Below, in pieces: positions 22,145 through 30,659 of a stretch of DNA of 32,000 bases; within the stretch, counting starts at the first letter, position 1; each line of letters opens with the position of its first letter. This stretch comes from Bellilinea caldifistulae (GTDB taxonomy: Bacteria; Chloroflexota; Anaerolineae; Anaerolineales; Anaerolineaceae), in NCBI RefSeq assembly GCF_001306055.1, contig NZ_LGHJ01000010.1, positions 60,001 through 92,000 of the forward strand, read 5' to 3'. The notes beneath the pieces are model-generated. The model searched no databases. It was not told the origin of the DNA and saw only the letters and a list, made by a program, of their open reading frames with translations. Made by a program: the position numbers and the translations under genes.

Positions 22145-22957
22145 ATGACCGCCAAGTTGTTAACTCCGCGCTGGATTTTAACCACCTTGCTGGTGATGAT
22201 GGCCGTGGCAGTCATGATTCGGCTGGGGTTCTGGCAATTGGATCGGTTGGAGTGGCGGCGGGATCTCAATCAGCGCATTTTGAGCCAGCTGAATGCCCCA
22301 CCCCTGGATTTGAACAAGGACGTACCGGTGACGGAGTTGTTCGAAATGGAATATCGGATGATCCAGGTCAGCGGTATTTACGATTATGAACACGAATTTC
22401 TCTGGCGCAATCAGGTCTGGGAGAATCAACCGGGGTATCATCTGTTCACCCCCTTGCGTATCGAGGGGAGCGATTGGGTCATTTATGTCAACCGGGGTTG
22501 GATCCCGCTGGGAGCAGCAGATGCCGAAAGCCGGCTGCAATACCGCCGGGATGGAACGGTCACACTGAGCGGGATGCTCCGCCGGCCGATTCCCAAGCCG
22601 GCGATCGGCGGTGTGGCAGACCCGCTGCCTGCTTCGAATCAACCCGTCCCGGACGCCTGGAATTGGATTGATCTGGAGCGCTGGCGTACCGAAACCGGTC
22701 TCAATTTGCTGCCGATGTGGGTTCAGGAGGCTCCCCAGGGGACGCCCTCACGACTGCCGTACCCCTCCTTGCCGGAAATTGAAATCACCGAAGGGCCGCA
22801 CTTCGGGTATGCCCTGCAATGGTTTTCCTTTGCGGCGATTCTGGCGCTTGGCTATCCCTTCTTTGTGCGTAAACAATTGGAACTCAAAACTGAAACTAAC
22901 CGTAGAAAATCCGATGAAGATACCTTGCATACCGGGGAGGAAATTTATGAGCATTGA
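22145..22957 (+). CDS. SURF1/Shy1 family cytochrome oxidase biogenesis protein
   Basis: N-terminal TM with LGFWQLDRLEWRRDL, the central YHLFTPL...VNRGWIP motif, and a C-terminal TM (YALQWFSFAAILAL). Confidence 0.85.
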   Translation: MTAKLLTPRWILTTLLVMMAVAVMIRLGFWQLDRLEWRRDLNQRILSQLNAPPLDLNKDVPVTELFEMEYRMIQVSGIYDYEHEFLWRNQVWENQPGYHLFTPLRIEGSDWVIYVNRGWIPLGAADAESRLQYRRDGTVTLSGMLRRPIPKPAIGGVADPLPASNQPVPDAWNWIDLERWRTETGLNLLPMWVQEAPQGTPSRLPYPSLPEIEITEGPHFGYALQWFSFAAILALGYPFFVRKQLELKTETNRRKSDEDTLHTGEEIYEH

Positions 22958-24737
22958 ACAACGACCGCGTTACTGGCTGCTGGCGGTGGCTATTCTCACC
23001 TTTCTCTCGCTGATGATTGGGTATGGGATGCGTTTCAACCCGGACGGACAGGGATGCCCGGATTTTCCGACCTGTTTCGGTCAATGGACGATTCCGGCCG
23101 AATCAGCGGCTCGTCTGGAAATTGCCCATCGTTTAATCGCAGCAATCAGCGGATTGATCACCCTGTCTTTGACCGGCTGGATGTGGCTAAAACGGCAGGG
23201 TGGAGGGTTGAAATTTAGCCTGACCATCACTTCGGTCTTGTTTCTTGTTCAGGCCGGTCTGGGAGCCGGATTGGCAGGAGGCGTGGGGGCGGTCTGGCTT
23301 TCCACGGCCCATTTAGCGGCGGCGCTCTCCAGCATGGCTTTGCTCAGCGGGGCTGTGACGCAGTCATTTCTTTCAGGCCCCTTCCCGCAACAAAATTCGC
23401 CATTTTTTCGCTCATCTTTAAGGCGTTTTTCAACGGCAACCCTGCTTTTGGTGTTCGGATTAATGATTTCCGGTGTGCTGGTTGCCCGGCTGGACGCGGG
23501 GAGTGCCTGTGCCGGTTTTCCATTGTGCAACGGCGAGCTGCCTTCAACCACCTTGGGTTGGCTGGCCATGGGTCACCGCTTGTTGACTTTACTGGCCGGG
23601 CTGGCTGTGATGGGGACATTCTTCCGGGTGAACCGTTCCTACTTCGACCAGCCATTGGTGTTAAGTTCCGCTAGCGCGCTGATGGTGCTGTTTGTCGGTC
23701 AGGCATTTATTGGCGCCATGAAAGTCCAGCAAAACTTTCCGCCGGATCTGGTGGTGGTTCATGCAGCAATCACGGCTGCTGTGTGGGTTGCGGCAGTGAT
23801 TTTGTTTGTTGCCGCTCTCCGTTTGGGTAAAAGTGAGGCGGATGAGCGTCTGGCGGCTCTCACCATGCGAGTGGGTGGAAAACAGCGTCTGAAAGCCTAT
23901 CTCATGCTGAATAAACCCATCATCGTCGCGCTGCTTTTGGTGACTACCTACGCGGGCATGGTTGTTGGCGGTAAGTCCATTCCATCGGTGGAGTTGACTC
24001 TCTGGACGTTGCTGGGGGGAGCTCTGGCGGCAGGCGGATCCAGCGCCATCAACCAGTACATTGACCGCCAGATTGATGGGGCAATGCAGCGAACGGCTAA
24101 ACGCCCGATCCCGTCCGGCGTTTTAACCCCCGCCGAAGGGCTGGCTTACGGGTTAAGTGCCTGTCTGGCTGCGTTTTTTATTCTGGCAGGAACGGTCAAT
24201 CTGTTGGCAGCGCTGCTTTCGGTTGCCGGAATGATTTATTATGTTTTGATTTACAGCATCTGGCTCAAACACTTAACAGTGCAGAACATTGTGATCGGCG
24301 GGGGTGCAGGGGCGATACCCCCGCTGGTTGGGTGGGCAGCCGCAACCGGCAGTTTGAATATTCCCTCACTGTTCCTGTTTGCGCTCGTGTTCATGTGGAC
24401 ACCTCCTCACTTTTGGGCGTTGGCGCTGGTGCGAGCCAAAGACTATGCCCGTGCCGGTGTACCGATGCTGCCAGTGGTGCGCGGCGAGAAAGAGACCCGT
24501 AATCAGATATTTATTTACACCCTCGAACTGGTTGCCCTTACTTTGCTTATGCCGGTTTTCAAAGTGGGAGGAAGTATCTTCTTAATTTCGGCAGTGGTTT
24601 TGGGTTTGTGGTTGATTCATACCGCCTGGAATGTGTTGCGTAAGCCGGGCAATAAAGTGGCCTGGCGCATGTATCGTTATTCCTCCATGTATCTGGCGTT
24701 CATCTTTCTGGCATTGGTGGTGGATGTGCTGCTATAA
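22947..24737 (+). CDS. ctaAB: Fused heme A synthase (CtaA/COX15) and protoheme IX farnesyltransferase (CtaB/CyoE)
   Basis: I trimmed the start to ATG 22947 (MSIEQRP), with GGGGAGG upstream and an 11-nt overlap with SURF1. The N-terminal half has the Cys pairs CPDFPTC and CAGFPLC. The C-terminal half has LNKPIIVALLL... and NQYIDRQIDGAMQRTAKRP (UbiA-type prenyltransferase motif). 596 aa. Confidence 0.88.
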   Translation: MSIEQRPRYWLLAVAILTFLSLMIGYGMRFNPDGQGCPDFPTCFGQWTIPAESAARLEIAHRLIAAISGLITLSLTGWMWLKRQGGGLKFSLTITSVLFLVQAGLGAGLAGGVGAVWLSTAHLAAALSSMALLSGAVTQSFLSGPFPQQNSPFFRSSLRRFSTATLLLVFGLMISGVLVARLDAGSACAGFPLCNGELPSTTLGWLAMGHRLLTLLAGLAVMGTFFRVNRSYFDQPLVLSSASALMVLFVGQAFIGAMKVQQNFPPDLVVVHAAITAAVWVAAVILFVAALRLGKSEADERLAALTMRVGGKQRLKAYLMLNKPIIVALLLVTTYAGMVVGGKSIPSVELTLWTLLGGALAAGGSSAINQYIDRQIDGAMQRTAKRPIPSGVLTPAEGLAYGLSACLAAFFILAGTVNLLAALLSVAGMIYYVLIYSIWLKHLTVQNIVIGGGAGAIPPLVGWAAATGSLNIPSLFLFALVFMWTPPHFWALALVRAKDYARAGVPMLPVVRGEKETRNQIFIYTLELVALTLLMPVFKVGGSIFLISAVVLGLWLIHTAWNVLRKPGNKVAWRMYRYSSMYLAFIFLALVVDVLL

Positions 24738-24749
24738 TTTTCCAACATT

Positions 24750-24959
24750 ATGGACCATAAAAACACAAAGCCAAAAATTCAGTTGTGGCTGACCGGATGG
24801 CTTGCCATAATTCTTCTTGGGGTTGATTTTTATAATTGGGGAAAAGTTCCACGCCTGATTTTGGGAATGCCGGATTGGGTCTGGTTTGAGGTTGGATTAA
24901 TCCTCCTGACCAGTTTGATATTTGGTTTTCTCAGTCGGCATCAATGGGAGGATAAATGA
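24750..24959 (+). CDS. Small two-TM protein, DUF3311-like symporter companion
   Basis: 69 aa with two hydrophobic helices. It overlaps the symporter start (ATGA). This arrangement is typical upstream of SSS-family transporters. Confidence 0.6.
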   Translation: MDHKNTKPKIQLWLTGWLAIILLGVDFYNWGKVPRLILGMPDWVWFEVGLILLTSLIFGFLSRHQWEDK

Positions 24960-26380
24960 CCGTCAAGGTGATTATTCTCTTCTCTTATCTAATTGGGTTA
25001 ATTGCCCTTTCAGTTTTAGCAAGGCGCAAAATTCCTCAAACGCCGGAGGGATACTTCCTTGCTAACCGTTCTTTAGGTTTGGTGGTCTTGTTTTTCAGTG
25101 TGGTTGCCACTAATTTCTCGGCATTCTTTTTTCTCGGTTTTGCCGGAGCAGCGTGGAAAACCGGCTTTGGGCAGTATGGGATTATGGGTGTAGGTACGGC
25201 GCTGGTTCCCTTGGCGTTTTTTGTGATTGGATGGCCGGTTTGGAAACTCGGGAGACAAAAAGGTTATCTCACCGCGCCCGAATTGATTGGCGGTGAGTTT
25301 AAGAGCCGCTTTCTGCGCGGGTTGGTGATGATTGTAATGGTGATTTTCACTCTTCCATACCTGCTTACTCAGGCTGTCGGCGCGGGTATCCTGCTTTCCT
25401 CTTTATTCAACATGGATTTGTTAAGAATGGGCGGAGCGGTCACCATTATGGCCGTCGGTATAACCGTTGTATTCGGGGGCATGAAAGCATCGGCCTGGAC
25501 AGATGTTCTGCAGGGTTTTTTGATGATCCTGGCAATGGTACTGGCAGTGATCTTTGTGAGTATGGGGTTGGGAGGTTGGCAAAGTGCCGGCGAAGCAGCC
25601 TTTCGGGCTTCGCCGGAACATTTTTCCCGGCCTGGACCGGAAAATTTTTTTCAGGTGACGACCTGGTTTTCTTACTTGCTCCTGTGGACATTTGTCAATC
25701 CGTTGTTTCCTCAGGTGTTTTCGCGTTTTTACACGGCAAAAACACCCGATTCTCTCAAGAAAGTTACCTGGTTGTATCCTTTACTGGTCAGTTTTCTGTT
25801 TCTGGCACCAGTTACCATAGGCGTGTGGGCACGCGGAACATCGCTGACCATATCCAACCCGGATATGATCTTGCCGGCGATGGTTTTGAATTATGCACCG
25901 GATTGGGTGTATGTATTTGTAATGGTGGGGGCGATGGCGGCTCTAATGTCCACTGCCGATTCGCAGTTGCTGGCCTTGGCAACCATGTTCTCGCATGATT
26001 TGGGGATTGCTCGAAATTCAATTCAGGCAGGACGGTGGTTAGCGCTTGGTTTATGTGTTTTGATTGCGCTTTTTTTGTTGAGCGGCTTGAACCCGCAAAT
26101 TCCAATTTTCACCTTGTTAACCCAAACCACTTTTGCGGGTTTGATCGCCCTTACCCCTGCCACACTAGCAGCCTTGTACTTTCCTCAAATCCATAAAATA
26201 GCGCCCATTCTCTCAATTTTGGCGGGAGAGGTTGTGGTAATTCTTCTGCGAACGAAATCTATACCCACCTATGGTTTTGTAGATGGAATCATTGTACTGG
26301 GTACGGCTTCGCTGACTTTGTTATCGGTGCACCTTATTGAAAAAGCTTTCCAAAAGACAGACCTGCTCAGGGCTCGCTAG
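24956..26380 (+). CDS. Sodium:solute symporter (SSS) family transporter
   Basis: 474 aa with about 12-13 TM segments. N-terminal motif YFLANRSLG; central GGMKASAWTDVLQG. Confidence 0.88.
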   Translation: MTVKVIILFSYLIGLIALSVLARRKIPQTPEGYFLANRSLGLVVLFFSVVATNFSAFFFLGFAGAAWKTGFGQYGIMGVGTALVPLAFFVIGWPVWKLGRQKGYLTAPELIGGEFKSRFLRGLVMIVMVIFTLPYLLTQAVGAGILLSSLFNMDLLRMGGAVTIMAVGITVVFGGMKASAWTDVLQGFLMILAMVLAVIFVSMGLGGWQSAGEAAFRASPEHFSRPGPENFFQVTTWFSYLLLWTFVNPLFPQVFSRFYTAKTPDSLKKVTWLYPLLVSFLFLAPVTIGVWARGTSLTISNPDMILPAMVLNYAPDWVYVFVMVGAMAALMSTADSQLLALATMFSHDLGIARNSIQAGRWLALGLCVLIALFLLSGLNPQIPIFTLLTQTTFAGLIALTPATLAALYFPQIHKIAPILSILAGEVVVILLRTKSIPTYGFVDGIIVLGTASLTLLSVHLIEKAFQKTDLLRAR

Positions 26381-28052
26381 CCGTCAACAAGAGTGAGCTG
26401 ATTATGGAAGGCGCATTCGGAAGTTTATCGGTGTAACGGTAGAATTCCAGCGCTTCCGGGTTATCGGTTTGGCTGCGGAATTTTTCTGCCCAACGATAAC
26501 CAAAGGATTGATAGAGTAACTCGATTTCCACTTTGAAGGGGGCGGTGAAACCCGCGGTTGTCACGCGGTACTGAACGGAATCTCCCCCGCCAATAAAATC
26601 TTCGTCGCTGGCGGCTTCGCCATACACAGCAATATCCGGGCTGACCTGAGTTTTGTCAAAACCGCGCGGCAGTAAGCGGTTATCTTTCAAATAGTGTTGA
26701 GCCCGCAGCAGGGTAGTGGTGACTTTTCCATCCGGGTCACCGATGATGGGTTCGTAAATCTGCACCTGATCCACTTGGGTAATGGTCTGATAATGCGGTT
26801 CAAAAAGGTGCTCGTCGAGGTCATTTTCATTGCCCACAATCGAGCCATCAGCCCGCCAACCGCCCGACTCAAACACGGTCTTTCCGTTAGCATCTTTTAC
26901 CGTCAGGTGCAGCCAGGCCCGGCGTGAAGGGAAACTGGTGGGAAACTTGTGGCCGGTTAAAACTTCAACCTGAACCTCGACGATCAACTCGTCGCCCTCT
27001 TGACGGGCGTTTCCGCTCAGACGGGCAGTATTTTGCTGTAGCTGCTGCAGGGTGAACAGGCGAGCCTGTCCCAACTGCTCCGGTGTGGCTGAGGTGTTCA
27101 AAGCATCCGGATTGGCGGCCAGTAATTCAAGCATGTAGCGGTTTCCGCCGATGAAGGTGTGCTGCATCAGCGGGCTGCGTTTGGGACTGCCGGTGTTGGC
27201 TATGGCTGCTTCACCTTCGGCAGCCGGCATGTGACACGTTTGACACGAAGCGGTGTTGGAAAATTCAGAAGCCAGCCATTCGAGATGGGGCGTTTGTTCC
27301 GGGAACAGGTCCGTGCTGAGTTTGCCCTGGTTGGTGAAATAGGGTGTGTAAAGATTGTGGCAAACGGCGCACAATTCGGATTGGGTGACATGTTCGGATT
27401 GAACCGGCTGGTATCCGGTAGCGTTGCGCATGACGGCCGCCATGTTTTCATCCACCGCAAAACGTCCGTATGCCGGTCGTTGACCGGGCAGCGGCTCTGT
27501 CTCAAACCGATAGCCACCGCTGTAACTTTCCATTGTCCCAAAATTCTCCCCCTTGATCTGGTGACAGAGGGTGCAGGAAACACCATCCAGCGCCAGCGGG
27601 TAAAGCGGGTGAGCGGGATTGAAGTATCCCGTATCGGGAAGGAAGGCAGGTGATTCGCCCTTGAGAATGGCGGTCTGAAAGGCCATTGGTAGATGGCAGA
27701 CCGCACACTTTTCCTGAATTGCCTCGCCATATTCCGGTTTCTGGAGCACCTCAGACCGCACCGAAGCCCGGTAATACGGATCACGGGAAGCGTTGGCCAT
27801 GATGGAAGCGCGCCAGGCGGTTTCAATGGAAACATCCTTTCCAGCATTGTCCTTCAAAGCCGTGTGACAAAACCCGCATTCGCCAGAAGCCGAGAAAAAA
27901 TCCCCGCGCAGACGGGGAAGTTGACCGGTCTCCACCCCAACAACCGGAACGGTAGGTGCAGGTCTGGATGGTGTAGAATCTGTGCAACCTGCCAGCAGTC
28001 CGAGCGCGAGCAGAGCGGCAAAAACCAGCAATCGTGTAGAATTGGCTCTCAT
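26367..28052 (-). CDS. Pentaheme c-type cytochrome lipoprotein with a heme-free C-terminal region
   Basis: Signal peptide with lipobox LLAGC. Five CxxCH motifs (CGFCH, CAVCH, CTLCH, CAVCH, CQTCH) all fall within residues 59-274. Residues about 280-561 have no heme motif. GGGGAGGA SD upstream. Confidence 0.85.
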   Translation of the reverse strand: MRANSTRLLVFAALLALGLLAGCTDSTPSRPAPTVPVVGVETGQLPRLRGDFFSASGECGFCHTALKDNAGKDVSIETAWRASIMANASRDPYYRASVRSEVLQKPEYGEAIQEKCAVCHLPMAFQTAILKGESPAFLPDTGYFNPAHPLYPLALDGVSCTLCHQIKGENFGTMESYSGGYRFETEPLPGQRPAYGRFAVDENMAAVMRNATGYQPVQSEHVTQSELCAVCHNLYTPYFTNQGKLSTDLFPEQTPHLEWLASEFSNTASCQTCHMPAAEGEAAIANTGSPKRSPLMQHTFIGGNRYMLELLAANPDALNTSATPEQLGQARLFTLQQLQQNTARLSGNARQEGDELIVEVQVEVLTGHKFPTSFPSRRAWLHLTVKDANGKTVFESGGWRADGSIVGNENDLDEHLFEPHYQTITQVDQVQIYEPIIGDPDGKVTTTLLRAQHYLKDNRLLPRGFDKTQVSPDIAVYGEAASDEDFIGGGDSVQYRVTTAGFTAPFKVEIELLYQSFGYRWAEKFRSQTDNPEALEFYRYTDKLPNAPSIISSLLLTASEP

Positions 28053-28119
28053 CTATCCTCCCCAAAGGTGGACTTTCTCAGACCTCTTACCCGCCTCCCC
28101 CCGGAGTCGTGGAAAGAGA

Positions 28120-28464
28120 TTATTGCAGGCGAAGTAAAATTTTACCCTGACTCCAAAGTTCTTCCAGGCGGTAATAATCACGTTGTTCAGGCGAGAACAG
28201 GTGAACGATCACATCCCCTAAATCCACCAGCACCCAACCGCCCTGTGCATAGCCTTCTTTTTTGCCGATCATTTGAAATTCTTTTTTGGCGTTTTCCAGC
28301 ACGGCATCGGCCAGGCTTTCAATCATTCGCTCACTGCTGCCTGAGCAAAGGATAAAATAATCGGTAAATGTGGCAATGTCCTGGATATCCATCAACAGGA
28401 TGTTCTCACCCTTTTTATCCTCAAGGGTGTTGATAATACTGCGGGCAAGTTCAATTGGTTTCAG
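28120..28464 (-). CDS. rsfS: Ribosome silencing factor RsfS (iojap family)
   Basis: DYFILCSGSSERMIESLADAV...GWVLVDLGDVIVHLF. The conserved N-terminal helix and strand (LKPIELARSIINTLEDKKGENILLMDI) are encoded upstream of the first canonical start. I therefore extended the CDS to CTG 28464, with GGAGAGG 6 nt upstream and an in-frame TGA immediately before it. Confidence 0.8.
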   Translation of the reverse strand: MKPIELARSIINTLEDKKGENILLMDIQDIATFTDYFILCSGSSERMIESLADAVLENAKKEFQMIGKKEGYAQGGWVLVDLGDVIVHLFSPEQRDYYRLEELWSQGKILLRLQ

Positions 28465-28496
28465 ATTTCACCTCTCCAGTTAATTTTGTGTTTATT

Positions 28497-29075
28497 TTAT
28501 CCATTCAATGGAAAGTGTGCCAGTGGCGTATAAATGGCACCTTCGGGTTTGAGATCGCTGCGGAATAAGACCAGCTGATTAATCATCATAGTCCCCAGCG
28601 TACCAACCGATTTTTGGGCAATGGTTTGCCCTAAGAGGGTCAATTCAGTGGGGGAGGCTTCCCGCTTGACACGCCCCAGAGTCAGGTGTGGTGAAAACTC
28701 GCGCTCTTCGCGGGGGTAGCCTATCTGTTCAGCCGCATCCTCCAGTGCCTTCTGCAAACGGAACAACCCCGGTGGGGATTTTAACCCCACCCAAACTACC
28801 CGTGGGCGTTTGAGGTTGGGAAAAGCCCCAATTCCCTGCACCTGTACTTCCAGCGGAGCGGTAGTGGCTGCTATTTTGCGGATTTCATCCGCGATTTGGC
28901 TGAGTTCTTGCGGAGATGATTCGCCCAGAAATTTCAGGGTGAGGTGAATGGCATGGGGGTTTACCCACTTTACGCTGCGCACACCGCTTTCTTGCAGGTT
29001 GATCAGGATGATTTCCAGTTCTTTCTGGATGTGGGGGGGTAACTCGACGGCAATAAAAGCACGGATTAACATCAT
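28497..29075 (-). CDS. thpR: RNA 2',3'-cyclic phosphodiesterase (2H phosphoesterase, ThpR/LigT)
   Basis: Two HxTx motifs, HLTLKFLG and HLTLGR. 192 aa. Confidence 0.85.
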   Translation of the reverse strand: MMLIRAFIAVELPPHIQKELEIILINLQESGVRSVKWVNPHAIHLTLKFLGESSPQELSQIADEIRKIAATTAPLEVQVQGIGAFPNLKRPRVVWVGLKSPPGLFRLQKALEDAAEQIGYPREEREFSPHLTLGRVKREASPTELTLLGQTIAQKSVGTLGTMMINQLVLFRSDLKPEGAIYTPLAHFPLNG

Positions 29076-29172
29076 TCACCGGTCAGTATACCGAGAGGGT
29101 TTAAGCATGTCAAGTTGAATTAGCCAGAAATAAGGTAAAATGGGGGCAGGTTGATTGCCGGGAGGTTCACAT

Positions 29173-29721
29173 TTGAAAAAGTTTTTTCGAGATTATCTGA
29201 TTCTTGCTCTGGTTTCGGGGACTATTATCGCCCTGGACCAGTGGACCAAGTCAATCATCCGCCAGAATCTGGCTTTGGGCGAATCGTGGATGCCGTTGGA
29301 ATGGCTGGCGCCGTATGCTCGCATCGTTCACTGGTACAACCGTGGGGTGGCGTTTGGCTTGTTTCAAAACGGCGGTGAGTGGTTTGCAATTCTGGCGATT
29401 GTCATTGCCCTGGGAATCATCTATTATTACCCCCGTGTCCCGGCGGAGGATTGGACGCTGCGCGCAGCCATGGGACTGCAATTGGGCGGGGCAGTGGGTA
29501 ATCTGATTGATCGGTTGACGGTGGGGCATGTGACCGACTTTATCTCGGTGGGTACTTTTCCGGTCTTCAATATTGCCGATTCGAGCATTACAATTGGAGT
29601 TTTGGTCTTGATCTTGGGTGTGTGGCTGCAGGAACGCCGCGAAAAACGAACCAGAGGGCAGCAAAGTACTGCCGAAGATCATCCCGGCGAACAGGTGAAT
29701 TTTAGCAAAGCCAATGAGTGA
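29173..29721 (+). CDS. lspA: Lipoprotein signal peptidase (signal peptidase II)
   Basis: NRGVAFG and FNIADSSITIG carry the catalytic Asp motifs; four TM segments. The start is set at TTG 29173, with GGGAGG 6 nt upstream; the alternative is TTG 29155. Confidence 0.88.
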   Translation: MKKFFRDYLILALVSGTIIALDQWTKSIIRQNLALGESWMPLEWLAPYARIVHWYNRGVAFGLFQNGGEWFAILAIVIALGIIYYYPRVPAEDWTLRAAMGLQLGGAVGNLIDRLTVGHVTDFISVGTFPVFNIADSSITIGVLVLILGVWLQERREKRTRGQQSTAEDHPGEQVNFSKANE

Positions 29722-30637
29722 ACAGATTGTTCGCTTTGTATTTGATGGGGAGAGCAACGAGCGCCTTGACAAAGTCCTGGTAGCACGATTTCCCGAACAT
29801 TCCCGCTCACGGTTGCAGGGGTTGATTCGGGATGGTTTTGTACAGGTCAATCAAAAGGTGGTCAGCAAAACCGGTTTCACGGTCGAAAGCGGTATGACGA
29901 TTGAGGTGCATTTACCGGCTGTCCAACCGATTGAGGTGGAAGCCGAGGCGATCCCTTTGAAGGTGATTTTCGATCATCCCGACGTGATTGTGATTGATAA
30001 ACCGGCCGGGCTGGTAGTTCACCCGGCTGCCGGACATGAAAGCGGCACGCTGGTTAATGCGGTGATGGGATTGGTGCCCGACCTCCAGGGGATTGGAGGA
30101 GAACTTCGCCCGGGGATCGTTCATCGTTTGGATAAAGATACTTCGGGTTTGATCTTGATTGCCAAGAACGAACGCGCTCACCGGTTTTTGCAGGATCAAT
30201 TCCGTCTACGGCAGGTTAAAAAGGTTTATCTGGCGCTGGTGGACGGTAAACCGCCTACACCCAATGGCCGAATTGAAGCGTCCATTGGGCGCGATCCGGC
30301 GCATCGAAAAAAAATGGCAATCGTGCCGGACGTCAAAGGGCGGGAATCTGTCACGGAATACTTCACTCGCGAATCGTTTTCCGAGCATACGCTTATCGAA
30401 GCCCATCCTTTGACCGGCAGAACTCATCAAATCCGTTTGCATCTGGCGTTCATCGGCTGTCCCATTGCTGGTGATACGGTCTATGGCAGACGGAAGGTCA
30501 GCCTGCCGTTGAATCGCCATTTTTTACATGCGGCGCAGCTGACCATCCGGCTTCCCGGTGAAAAACAGCCGCGCACATTTGAATCCCCTCTGCCTCCCGA
30601 ACTGGAACAAATTCTGCAGCAATTGCGTAAATCTTGA
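29714..30637 (+). CDS. rluD: RluA/RluD-family 23S rRNA pseudouridine synthase
   Basis: N-terminal S4 domain (RLDKVLVARFPEHSRSRLQGLIRDGFVQVN) and catalytic motif HRLDKDTSGLILIAK. It overlaps the lspA stop, which is the classical lspA-rluD pairing. Confidence 0.9.
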   Translation: MSEQIVRFVFDGESNERLDKVLVARFPEHSRSRLQGLIRDGFVQVNQKVVSKTGFTVESGMTIEVHLPAVQPIEVEAEAIPLKVIFDHPDVIVIDKPAGLVVHPAAGHESGTLVNAVMGLVPDLQGIGGELRPGIVHRLDKDTSGLILIAKNERAHRFLQDQFRLRQVKKVYLALVDGKPPTPNGRIEASIGRDPAHRKKMAIVPDVKGRESVTEYFTRESFSEHTLIEAHPLTGRTHQIRLHLAFIGCPIAGDTVYGRRKVSLPLNRHFLHAAQLTIRLPGEKQPRTFESPLPPELEQILQQLRKS

Positions 30638-30659
30638 AATTTGTAAAAAGGTGAACCGC

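Noticed and set aside
22611-22946. 112-codon N-terminal extension of the CtaA-CtaB ORF
   Set aside because: It lies entirely within SURF1 in another frame and is Arg/Pro/Cys-rich junk. ATG 22947 has a GGAGG SD and begins the conserved CtaA N-terminus.
27200-27847. 215-aa minus-strand ORF inside the pentaheme cytochrome gene (alternative frame)
   Set aside because: It is an out-of-frame overlap with a gene carrying five CxxCH motifs and a lipobox. Its product is R/P/W-rich with no motifs.
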